From positions 32,001-96,000 of IMG/VR virus record IMGVR_UViG_3300033388_005265: a DNA stretch of 64,000 nt; one strand, 5' to 3'. A model generated the notes under the pieces. The model was not told the DNA's origin, ran no database searches, and saw nothing but the letters and a program-made list of their open reading frames with translations. Below, in pieces: positions 19,490-27,825 of this stretch. Both the position numbers and the translations under genes were made by a program. The DNA is from a virus. Every line of letters starts with the position of its first letter. Position 1 is the first letter of the stretch.

Positions 19490-19772
19490 CGTTAACCTCC
19501 TGAAAAATTTTTATGAATTTATGGTATATTAGGACTCTTCTTTAGTAAGCCCAAGCTTCTTCAACTGCAATCTTTTTTCTAACTCTGTTCTATAATGCCA
19601 GATAAAGGTATCATACCCACTGTAGAACAGTAATGAATCTGCTATTACGCAAATACTTAAAAAAAACCAAAACATGTTTTTCTCCTTTCTATAATTTCAA
19701 AAAGTGATTAAAAATAATATTTAAAGATATGCGTATTATACACATAGCTTAATATTTTGTAAAGAGTTGAAT

Positions 19773-19859
19773 TGGCGGAGAGGGTAGGATTTGAACCTAC
19801 GCAGGTGTTACCCAGACTCCCATTAGCAGTGGGGCGCCTTACCGCTCGGCCACCTCTCC
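19773..19859 (-). tRNA. trnS: tRNA-Ser(GCT)
   Basis: Cloverleaf, loop CT-GCT-AA, long variable arm, encoded CCA. Confidence 0.92.
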
Positions 19860-19878
19860 TAAAGATATGAAAAAAATC

Positions 19879-20088
19879 TGTTGTTGGCGGAATAACAATA
19901 TTGACCACTTAGCGTTTAAAATCTCATGCTTGCATACCATATGAATCATGTTATGCGATAAAATTTCAACTGTGTTATTCCTTTACCGATGTTACACTAT
20001 ATCGTTCTTAAAAAGCGCCGATAATGTAACAGTTTGTCGTCTCGCTTATTCCCATTAGCTCAGGTCGGGTAATTGGAAACCAACAACA
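19879..20088 (-). ncRNA. candidate structured ncRNA (~210 nt) between two tRNAs
   Basis: 9-bp closing stem TGTTGTTGG/CCAACAACA, internal hairpins, T-tract after the 3' end; no ORF. Confidence 0.5.
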
Positions 20089-20100
20089 AAATTGTATTTA

Positions 20101-20192
20101 TGGTGGAGAGAGGAGGACTCGAACCTCCACAGGCTTATTGGCAATGCGGCGGATTTACAGTCCGTTGAGCTCAACCAGTGCTCAGCCTCTCC
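20101..20192 (-). tRNA. trnY: tRNA-Tyr(GTA)
   Basis: Cloverleaf, CT-GTA-AA, long variable arm, CCA. Confidence 0.92.
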
Positions 20193-20198
20193 ATATGA

Positions 20199-20411
20199 TT
20201 ATACGTACATTTCTACGGATGCTTCACATGATGGACATCCTATATGATCCTCAGTAACAATAACTTCATCAGCTTCAAGATCATCATTACATGAATTACA
20301 ATGAAAATGAAAATGTTCTATTGCTTCATGTATTTCTGTTTCATCTTCGCTAAGACATCTAAGCTCGCAAACCTTTTCAAGTATATCATCTGGTACAGTA
20401 ATAAGTGCCAT
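20199..20411 (-). CDS. zinc-ribbon protein
   Basis: CNSC...CPSC. Confidence 0.6.
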   Translation of the reverse strand: MALITVPDDILEKVCELRCLSEDETEIHEAIEHFHFHCNSCNDDLEADEVIVTEDHIGCPSCEASVEMYV

Positions 20412-20412
20412 T

Positions 20413-21444
20413 TTACGCCTTTATATTAATTAATGGTTTAACATGGTGCATTACATGCACAAGATCACTCTGAGCTTCCATAACCTTAAATGGATCTTTA
20501 TATGCAAGCTTTGATTCATCAAGAGTTCCTTTTTCTACTTTAGCTACAATATCGCTTCTTTTCATTCTATTTCTAAAGGCAGACATACTTAGTCTTTCTC
20601 TTATGACTGCACCGGTAATCTCGTCTCTTTTGCCTTCTTTGGCTTCTCTTCTGCCCATTAATCTTCCAGCTCCATGAGAGCTTGAGCATAGGCTATCAGG
20701 ATTACCTTTTCCTCTGACTATGAATGATCCATCTTCCATATTGCCTGGGATAACTCCCAACATGCCAACTTCAGCATGAGTAGCTCCTTTTCTATGAATC
20801 CATTCGCCATCTTTTAGATCTGCATGGTTATGATTACTATTTATAATTAATTTATCGTTTTTACGTATGAGCCAAGTTGCAAGCTTAACAGATAATGCTT
20901 TAGGTAATATCTTGCCAATAACACCTATAACTCTAGCAGCCATTTGTCTTCTGTTTTCAAGAGCAAATTCAAGACAGAAGTTAAGGTCAGTTATATAGTC
21001 CTTACCATCTTGAGAATTTACATCTAATGCATAGTGACCTTCTCTAGCCTTTCCTACACCAGATGCTGCTTTCATGTAGTGAGTAGCTGAAGAATGACCT
21101 ACATTTCTGCTTCCTGAATGGATAATAATCCATACATCGTCATTCTCGTCATAACCTATTTCTATAAAATGGTTCCCACCACCAAGCGTACACAGCTGTC
21201 TAAATCCACCTTTGTCATTAAACATTTCAACCATAAATGGAGTCGCAGCAGTATCCTTATATGCAGGCCATTTAGACTTCTTATCATTCTTATTGAATCC
21301 AGTAGGAATAGCTTCATATATAGCATCAAAGATTTCCTTCCTATAAGACAGGATATCTTCCTTTGCATCTTTTCTTCTTCTTATATCATCTTTGTGGTCA
21401 TCTGCTGATCCGAATGAACCTCCAAATCCTATATCCCATTCCAT
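20413..21444 (-). CDS. rtcB: RtcB RNA ligase, N-terminally truncated
   Basis: LGGGNHFIE, HSGSR, HRKGAT, SHGAGR present; N-terminal MPDxH and DIGCG Cys motifs absent. Confidence 0.85.
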   Translation of the reverse strand: MEWDIGFGGSFGSADDHKDDIRRRKDAKEDILSYRKEIFDAIYEAIPTGFNKNDKKSKWPAYKDTAATPFMVEMFNDKGGFRQLCTLGGGNHFIEIGYDENDDVWIIIHSGSRNVGHSSATHYMKAASGVGKAREGHYALDVNSQDGKDYITDLNFCLEFALENRRQMAARVIGVIGKILPKALSVKLATWLIRKNDKLIINSNHNHADLKDGEWIHRKGATHAEVGMLGVIPGNMEDGSFIVRGKGNPDSLCSSSHGAGRLMGRREAKEGKRDEITGAVIRERLSMSAFRNRMKRSDIVAKVEKGTLDESKLAYKDPFKVMEAQSDLVHVMHHVKPLINIKA

Positions 21445-21650
21445 TATCCATTGTCCTTTCCTTTACAGTGATCGCCTTTATTATAGCATGGTCCAGCTAA
21501 TGTATTGTGAGCTTCAGTACCACAGAGAACACACATAAACCGATCAGTATGATAGTGTGCATCATCAACCCTATCTGTTGGGATTAAGACGTAACCGGTC
21601 TTAATACATTTCATTTCTCTATTACATTTTAAACAATATGGAACAGACAT
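21444..21650 (-). CDS. zinc-ribbon protein
   Basis: CLKC...CVLC. Confidence 0.55.
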   Translation of the reverse strand: MSVPYCLKCNREMKCIKTGYVLIPTDRVDDAHYHTDRFMCVLCGTEAHNTLAGPCYNKGDHCKGKDNG

Positions 21651-22169
21651 TTAATATTCTCCAAAATGCAGCATATTATGACATATGCCACACATTAAGT
21701 TGCATTTTTCAACTTCTTCAAGTACTTCTACTCTAGTGTTATTCATCATTCCAGCAGTTATGTCAAATTTCTTTTCTTTTGGATCTCTATGATGAAAATC
21801 AAATCCAGCTGCATTTTTACCGTTATATTCAAGACTACATTCTATGCATTTGCTCCCTTTTAATTTGATAAGCTCTATTTTAAACTGTCTGTTTAGTTTA
21901 CGTTTTTCAGCATACTTTTCTTTACTTTCCTTTTTAACTCTTTCTTGGTTTTTTTCATACCAAGCTTTGCTTCGATTGTATCCAACTGGATATTTACGAG
22001 AACTATGTCCATTAATATATTCTTTTTGTCTTCCCCAGTTATCTATGCTTTTTGTCTTTTTTCCACAGCCACATTTACACTCAATTAATGGAGCATCTTT
22101 ATGCATCTGCTTAAATCTTCTTTTTTCGTTTTCGCTAGGTCTCTTATCGTTTCGCTTTTCTTCTAACAT
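21651..22169 (-). CDS. HNH homing endonuclease
   Basis: CIEC, FDFHHRDP, CNLMCGICH; N-terminal C.CGCG. Confidence 0.85.
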   Translation of the reverse strand: MLEEKRNDKRPSENEKRRFKQMHKDAPLIECKCGCGKKTKSIDNWGRQKEYINGHSSRKYPVGYNRSKAWYEKNQERVKKESKEKYAEKRKLNRQFKIELIKLKGSKCIECSLEYNGKNAAGFDFHHRDPKEKKFDITAGMMNNTRVEVLEEVEKCNLMCGICHNMLHFGEY

Positions 22170-22253
22170 TAGCTTCCTCCTTTAAAGGGTTTAGCTAATA
22201 TTAAACAAATTCAGCAACTTATGTCCTAGTATTTATTTCTTTTACTAAAGATG

Positions 22254-22820
22254 CTATCTTTTTCTTGCGGCATCCTTACTGAGGTAGTTTTTATTGTTAG
22301 GCTTAGCTCTCATAATCTCAATGACTTCATCTACATGATATGGATAGAAGTTATTAGTATCAACACCTACATCAAGAATCTTGCCGATCTTATCATAAGT
22401 AGGCCTAAGGTTTCCATGAGAATGCCCATGGCAATGAAATGAATTAAAATGAGATCTATCCCAATGATACATAGGATAATGGGACAATACTATTAATTCT
22501 CCATCATGCTTTAAGTTGTATATTTCTCTTGTATCTGTAAACACTCCATCTAATTTCTTTAATACATTAGAATAATCATGATTTCCTTTAAGAAGAAATA
22601 TATTGCCATTTAGATAAGTTTTAAACTTACCATATAAAGCTTCATCTCCCCATGCAAAATCTCCAAGATGATATACAATATCTCCTTTTCTGACCTTAGC
22701 ATTCCAATGATCTACCAAGCATTCATCCATTTCTTTAATAGATTTAAAGGGTCTGCCTGCATGTTTAATTATATTCTTATGACTAAAATGCGTATCTGCT
22801 GTTATCCATTTATCTGACAA
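22254..22820 (-). CDS. calcineurin-like metallophosphoesterase
   Basis: DTH, GDF, GNHD, SHYP, HGHSH. Confidence 0.9.
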   Translation of the reverse strand: MSDKWITADTHFSHKNIIKHAGRPFKSIKEMDECLVDHWNAKVRKGDIVYHLGDFAWGDEALYGKFKTYLNGNIFLLKGNHDYSNVLKKLDGVFTDTREIYNLKHDGELIVLSHYPMYHWDRSHFNSFHCHGHSHGNLRPTYDKIGKILDVGVDTNNFYPYHVDEVIEIMRAKPNNKNYLSKDAARKR

Positions 22821-23040
22821 CTCCTATTCTCCTCACAAGCCTAGCTATCTTTATGCTAGGTGTATTCTTTTCTATTTCTTTTACAAGTTTTCCAAGCACA
22901 CTTACTTTTTTCTTGAATGCTCTAAGCTCTTTTACTTCTTTTTCAAGTTTCTTATGTTCTACTGCTAATCTTTCATGTTTACTTTCTAATTCTGGATCTC
23001 TAAGATGTACTATCCAGGACACCCACAAGTTTTCACTATG
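22810..23040 (-). pseudogene. coiled-coil ORF with no clear start (probably 5'-truncated)
   Basis: Coding-like 3' half, but no SD/ATG; abuts a degenerate tRNA. Confidence 0.4.
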
Positions 23041-23042
23041 AT

Positions 23043-23111
23043 ATACGTAGCTGGTTTGACCCAGCAACCGTACGCTCTAAAGGCGTATGCTCTACATTGA
23101 GCTATACTTTA
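23043..23111 (-). pseudogene. degenerate tRNA (loop CT-TTA-GA)
   Basis: D arm GCTC/GAGC and anticodon stem TACGC/GCGTA intact; 6-nt T loop, mispaired acceptor, no CCA. Confidence 0.6.
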
Positions 23112-23159
23112 TCATTTGTGGTGATCTAGTTTTAGTCTTTTTATCGAGTAACAAGCTTC

Positions 23160-23260
23160 ATTTTAAAATCCCCACGTATTAACCATTGATACGACACCCC
23201 GTCATTCTCTATCTTTTATTTGGTAGGGGTGACCAGACTCGAACTGGCATTTCAAGTTTA
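23160..23260 (-). ncRNA. circularly permuted tRNA-like module (YrlA/Y-RNA-like topology)
   Basis: Order on minus strand: T arm GCCAG-TTCGAGT-CTGGT, CACCCC(T)-ACCA, linker, GGGGTG, D arm GTAT-CAATGGTTA-ATAC. Confidence 0.65.
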
Positions 23261-23520
23261 GTTTAGGGTACAGTGCCAATTACTCATACTAATTCCGATC
23301 TTAAGCTATAGGGCAATACATCAACGATGATTTTTATCACTACCAATTTGCCATTCATGGCTGCTTAGGTAGATCTGACAACAACGATAAGTTTATCCCA
23401 TATCTTTAACTTATAAAACTATTAACTTAACATCAAGCCTACAGACTGACATATGCTTTATCCAGGCAAGAAAGCGCATCTCGTCAGTCCCTCCACCATC
23501 CTCAGCTAAACGTTAAGGTC

Positions 23521-24279
23521 TTAACCTAACAGGTAATCTACTATTGACTTACCAACTTTCTTATCAACAATCTCGATGTCGTTTGCTCTTTGACGAGCTT
23601 TTTTAACACCACCGATAAGCTTATCTACTCTTCCGAGCATTGTGCTTTTCTCATGAACAGAGATCATACTACACCATTCTTCACGTGTATACTTTCCAAC
23701 TTTCTTGGTGTCATTCCAGGTATGGATCTGTGCAGGCAATGACTGTCCACCTTCACCTTCCTTAGGGAATGTAGGAGGTACGAGTACAGTATTCTGTATC
23801 TCTTTCTCATCCTTGAAAGTTTCTTCAGGATGCACTCTCCTTAGTACTCCGTCTCTTTGACCTTTATCTTCTTCCCAAGCAACTCCAGGTGCAAGAGTAG
23901 GAATCGAGTCTACAAGCTCTCTAACAATCTTAAGCTTTGACTCAAGGCCAAGGAGGAATGTAGCCGGCAGTCCTTCTGCAAGTACTTCTCCGTCAACAAC
24001 CAGATCTGCAACAGCATTCTGATTTGTAGCCTCTTTCTGAAGAACTACATCGTAGTACTTTGAGACCGGACCAAGGGCATAAGCAAGCTTACTAAGCACA
24101 GTATCGACAACATCACTCCTGTCTATTTCTCCGCCTTCATTTGCCTGTCTTACGTCATTAAACATAGCCAGGGTCTTAATGTGACCTTTGAAGTGATCTG
24201 CTCTCTTTGTAAATGTAGAGATTGCCTCCTCAGTAGTCTTCTTTGCAAGACCTGCACGATCTCCTTCTACTGCAAGTAG
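23521..24279 (-). CDS. conserved phage/bacterial protein of unknown function (recalled as DUF7873-like), native start missing
   Basis: NQNAVADLVVDG, LPATFLLGLE, PAQI, RV.KLI..VKKARQRAN. Frame stays open upstream of ATG 24165 to LLAVEG at 24279, then an in-frame TAA. Confidence 0.7.
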   Translation of the reverse strand, partial: LLAVEGDRAGLAKKTTEEAISTFTKRADHFKGHIKTLAMFNDVRQANEGGEIDRSDVVDTVLSKLAYALGPVSKYYDVVLQKEATNQNAVADLVVDGEVLAEGLPATFLLGLESKLKIVRELVDSIPTLAPGVAWEEDKGQRDGVLRRVHPEETFKDEKEIQNTVLVPPTFPKEGEGGQSLPAQIHTWNDTKKVGKYTREEWCSMISVHEKSTMLGRVDKLIGGVKKARQRANDIEIVDKKVGKSIVDYLLG

Positions 24280-24389
24280 TTAATGGTATTATATATTGTG
24301 CTGCATCTTCAATCGTATCAAAAGACCTCATGGTAGAGACATTTAATCTGCCTCTCCAGTATTCTGCTGCTAAATATGTCTCTTGTATG

Positions 24390-24794
24390 TTATTCATTTA
24401 TTACCATATTAGTTTTTCTTCTAAACTCTATCTCATTACGAAATACTTGTCTTATTTCTTCAGATAACTGTAATTGAGTTTCAAGGATAGCATTTATATG
24501 ATTATTTGTCAAGTCTTTTAACAATTTAAGTTTAAAATTCTCAGTACCACTCTTACCATATGTTCCCCAAGTAACTACTTCTCTAATCTGTTCATGAGGA
24601 TCATCAACATACAAAGATAACTCTTCATAGGGAGCTTCTTCGTTTAGATTACGTCTTAAGTAGCTCATGCCTCCGTCTACCATATACTCATGTTTATTTT
24701 TATCTATATAAGTAACATAGTCATGTACACTTCTGCTTACTAGAACTGTACCATCTGGAGTCTGTATGCTATTATGAATTATTCGTCTTGTCAT
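24390..24794 (-). CDS. conserved phage hypothetical protein
   Basis: IQTPDGT.L.SR..HDY....YMVDGG..YLRR motif. Confidence 0.75.
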   Translation of the reverse strand: MTRRIIHNSIQTPDGTVLVSRSVHDYVTYIDKNKHEYMVDGGMSYLRRNLNEEAPYEELSLYVDDPHEQIREVVTWGTYGKSGTENFKLKLLKDLTNNHINAILETQLQLSEEIRQVFRNEIEFRRKTNMVINE

Positions 24795-24966
24795 ACTTCT
24801 TGTTTATCTTTTGTAGTATTCCTATTATTCTATCCGGATCTTTACATAATTTTTCAAGTGGAGTTTCACTTTCAATCACTCTAGTATTTGCTCCACACCA
24901 GTCACACTTCTGATCTTCGTCACCTTCTAGTTCATGATGACATTTTGTGCACTTTAAATAAGGCAT
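24772..24966 (-). CDS. zinc-ribbon protein
   Basis: CTKC...CDWC; start moved to MPYLK. Confidence 0.6.
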   Translation of the reverse strand: MPYLKCTKCHHELEGDEDQKCDWCGANTRVIESETPLEKLCKDPDRIIGILQKINKKYDKTNNS

Positions 24967-24971
24967 CAATA

Positions 24972-25361
24972 TCACCTCACTACAAAATATGGCATTCCGC
25001 CTGGCATTACTTGCCACATATCACGTGGCATTAAAAAAGCAGCTAAGTCAGCAGCAATACCAAGAGAAAGTAACTGTTCTATGTTCATGTGCTCTCCCCA
25101 CTGTATGCCATCTTTATCTACGCATGCATTTAAAAAACTCCAACCGCCACCTGATAACTCCTGAAACTTTTCAGGAAGCTGCTTTAATAGATTATGTATT
25201 TCAGGCTTATGAAGTTCAATTTTTACTGGATCAAATCCAAACTTACATGTTACAGAGTCTACTATCGTAGCATCATCAGTTAAAGACTCTTGACTTGTTC
25301 CATATGGAAATAAGCAATCCTTAAAAATCTCATTTACCTTATCTGCTGTTAATGTAGTCAT
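24972..25361 (-). CDS. conserved phage hypothetical protein
   Basis: FKDCLF, GGGWSFLNAC.D..G.QWGEH motif. Confidence 0.75.
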   Translation of the reverse strand: MTTLTADKVNEIFKDCLFPYGTSQESLTDDATIVDSVTCKFGFDPVKIELHKPEIHNLLKQLPEKFQELSGGGWSFLNACVDKDGIQWGEHMNIEQLLSLGIAADLAAFLMPRDMWQVMPGGMPYFVVR

Positions 25362-25690
25362 CTTCCAAGCTTCCTCAGGCCTTTAAGACCTTTCATATTT
25401 GCCATTCCTTTGGCGCCGACTCTTTCTCTTAAGTCAACTTCTTTTCTACCAAGATCTGAATCAGGAACAAGTCTTATTCCTGTAGGCAGTATATCATGTT
25501 CCTTAACTCTTTTAATAATCTTAATATGCTTACAGCCGTCTGCTGGACGATAATTTATCCATCCAGGACAGCTACATAGCCATTCATCTTTATCTGTATC
25601 ATGAGTAACTTTATACTCTTTTCCCTTCTTGCTTGATGCTGATTTAGCATACCACTGAGGAAACTTACTAAACTTCGTTTTTCTAGCCAT
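25358..25690 (-). CDS. SWIM zinc-finger protein
   Basis: WLCSCP....CKHI. Confidence 0.75.
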   Translation of the reverse strand: MARKTKFSKFPQWYAKSASSKKGKEYKVTHDTDKDEWLCSCPGWINYRPADGCKHIKIIKRVKEHDILPTGIRLVPDSDLGRKEVDLRERVGAKGMANMKGLKGLRKLGR

Positions 25691-26387
25691 GAGTACTCTT
25701 GCTCCTAGGCATAATTTTATTTACACTAATTACTTCTCTTGTAGGCAATATTATTGCACTAAGTTTATTATTGAAGCATCCAGCAGTATCTATGTTTGCA
25801 CCTACTATATCTTGTTTTTCAGCAATAGGATTCCATTTCTGTAAGAACTCTACTTCTTGCTGAGGGGTATGCCCAAATACTTGGAATTTACCTAGATTTT
25901 TAGCCTTGCTACTACGATCCCATACTAACATCTCTTGAGATCTTTCACTACAATCTCTAAAAGTCTTTTCAACATGTATCGGTACACCGGCATGAGACAG
26001 TATAAAATCATCAGTCTCTATGTAGTAAGGCATATTAATCATGTATTCTAAATGGCTATCTGGAATATCTACTATTTTATCTCCATTATCATAAGACTTA
26101 AGAGTAGTTAGTCCACCATTCATTTCAAAGATACCAGGATTATACTTTCCTCTTTCTCCAATATAGTCGATGAACATATCTTCATGGTTGCCTTTAACAC
26201 TGATTATCCCTCTGTCTATACATTCCTGTATAACAGCCTTACTGTCTGGCCCACGATCTATTAGATCGCCGGTAGTGTATACCTGTTCAATATCTGCGGG
26301 CAGTTTTTCAAGCAATTCAAGAAGCTCTGCATGCAAACCATGTATGTCACCTATTATAGCTACTTTACTCATTGTCAATATCCTCAA
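25683..26387 (-). CDS. Ser/Thr protein phosphatase family metallophosphoesterase (lambda NinI/PrpA-like)
   Basis: GDIHG, GDLIDRGP, GNHE, HAG, GHTP, IDT. Confidence 0.92.
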   Translation of the reverse strand: MRILTMSKVAIIGDIHGLHAELLELLEKLPADIEQVYTTGDLIDRGPDSKAVIQECIDRGIISVKGNHEDMFIDYIGERGKYNPGIFEMNGGLTTLKSYDNGDKIVDIPDSHLEYMINMPYYIETDDFILSHAGVPIHVEKTFRDCSERSQEMLVWDRSSKAKNLGKFQVFGHTPQQEVEFLQKWNPIAEKQDIVGANIDTAGCFNNKLSAIILPTREVISVNKIMPRSKSTHG

Positions 26388-26661
26388 CTATGGCTTCTTT
26401 TACTCTACCATCAGTAACCCGAATGCTCATTTGTACTAAATCTGCATCTTGTGTGGTATCTACTCCAAGAAGATTATTAGTCATACCTACCATAGCAAGC
26501 AGAGCATCATAAGTTTCAATATCCTTTTCAGTGATTAGATCTATTGCTCCACACTTTGGACATGATTTATTAAGCCATACTTGCATGTTGTTAATTTCCA
26601 TTTGAAAATCACAATCATCACATACTATTGTGACTCTGTCATTTTGTATAGGCTTACTCAT
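26365..26661 (-). CDS. zinc-ribbon protein
   Basis: CDDC...CPKC. Confidence 0.55.
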   Translation of the reverse strand: MSKPIQNDRVTIVCDDCDFQMEINNMQVWLNKSCPKCGAIDLITEKDIETYDALLAMVGMTNNLLGVDTTQDADLVQMSIRVTDGRVKEAIVEDIDNE

Positions 26662-27164
26662 TGTATAAATACCTCATATATTGCATATAGAATACAAATT
26701 ACTAAGGTTACTTGTGCTACAACCTTCATTCCATCTGCTACTGTGCTAACTGGACTTTCAATGCCTGGGAGATCATCATCATTATATGAGTGGTCTCCAT
26801 CATACATATGATATGGCTCTTTAAAGAAATCATCATCATCAGCTTCTAAGAGTAACTCATTAGCTTTTTCAAGTTCTTCTTCAGACCTTTCTTTTGCTGC
26901 TCTTAAATTACACTTGACTTCGTTAAATACAGCTTCATGAGATATTACCCATTCAAAAAGCTCATCATCTTCTTTATTATCAAGCGTCATTCTTATTTTC
27001 ATTTCTAACATTTCTTCATGACGTGATTCTAGCCACTCTTCAAATGTTTTTAGATCTTTTACATGCGTATCAACCGAGAATTTACCTAAGGGATTCTTAT
27101 TAAGCAACTCAGATAAAGGAGTCATTCCGGCTTCTTTCATTCTTTTGTCAAGATCTTCTTTCAT
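26658..27164 (-). CDS. hypothetical protein with C-terminal TM
   Basis: Packed ORF; hydrophobic C-terminus. Confidence 0.6.
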   Translation of the reverse strand: MKEDLDKRMKEAGMTPLSELLNKNPLGKFSVDTHVKDLKTFEEWLESRHEEMLEMKIRMTLDNKEDDELFEWVISHEAVFNEVKCNLRAAKERSEEELEKANELLLEADDDDFFKEPYHMYDGDHSYNDDDLPGIESPVSTVADGMKVVAQVTLVICILYAIYEVFIQ

Positions 27165-27484
27165 TAGTTAGCCTTTTCTATATGTGTTATATCAAGACAC
27201 AATTTATCTTTTAAGTTTTTAAAGACACGTCCTTTTACAGTAACTCTAATGTCTTCCTTCATAGAGTTAAACTCTATATGGCTGCTCTTACTTATACTTT
27301 CATGCTTAATGTAAACTAATATAGACTCTACTCCATCATGGAGCTCTATAATAGAGGTAGTTCCTTTAGTCCCTTTATTTTTCATTATTCCAGTAACTGA
27401 ATAAAGATCCGCGATCTTTTTAAGCTTCAATTCTGAAGAACCATCATACTTTAACTTAAGCGTCTCTATACATGTATCTTTCAA
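27164..27484 (-). CDS. OB-fold-like protein
   Basis: IELHDGVESILV...VTVKGRV pattern of tRNA_anti-type OB folds. Confidence 0.5.
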   Translation of the reverse strand: MKDTCIETLKLKYDGSSELKLKKIADLYSVTGIMKNKGTKGTTSIIELHDGVESILVYIKHESISKSSHIEFNSMKEDIRVTVKGRVFKNLKDKLCLDITHIEKAN

Positions 27485-27516
27485 TTACTACTCCTACCTG
27501 TTTTATTTTTCTTTTA

Positions 27517-27729
27517 TTAATAGTTTTTGTATAGCTTGTATTGTCGAATAAGTTCTTTATCATTGTCCTCTTTGTTCTTAATTGCAAGACATATAGCTAA
27601 TGGGCAAAATAAAGTGTTCAAAATAAAACATTTTACTTTTTTATCTTGTCTATTTAAAATTGTATGCATTTTTGTAGCAAATATTCCCCACATTATTGCA
27701 GTAAATACATATAATATTATAGATATCAT
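27517..27729 (-). CDS. small membrane protein
   Basis: Two hydrophobic segments. Confidence 0.5.
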   Translation of the reverse strand: MISIILYVFTAIMWGIFATKMHTILNRQDKKVKCFILNTLFCPLAICLAIKNKEDNDKELIRQYKLYKNY

Positions 27730-27825
27730 TTTATCTTCCCCTTTTCTGTTTTCTTTTTATTATGCAATTTAATTATTTTTTGTTTTATACTATAATAAGA
27801 ACATTAACCTACAGGAGACTTAAAT

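Noticed and set aside
23043-23111. Ochre suppressor tRNA (anticodon TTA) and possible stop-codon recoding
   Set aside because: The acceptor stem is mispaired, the T loop is 6 nt and there is no CCA. TAA, TAG and TGA all end intact genes and long genes are not fragmented, so the standard code fits.
23440-23495. Hammerhead ribozyme (CTGACGA core on the minus strand)
   Set aside because: No GAAA follows the putative stem II and no matching cleavage-site arm is evident; CTGAC is instead part of the GACTGAC/GTCAGTC stem
23160-23510. Two-piece (permuted) tmRNA
   Set aside because: No G3:U70 alanine identity pair, a true D stem is present, and I found no tag reading frame ending in an ALAA-like peptide
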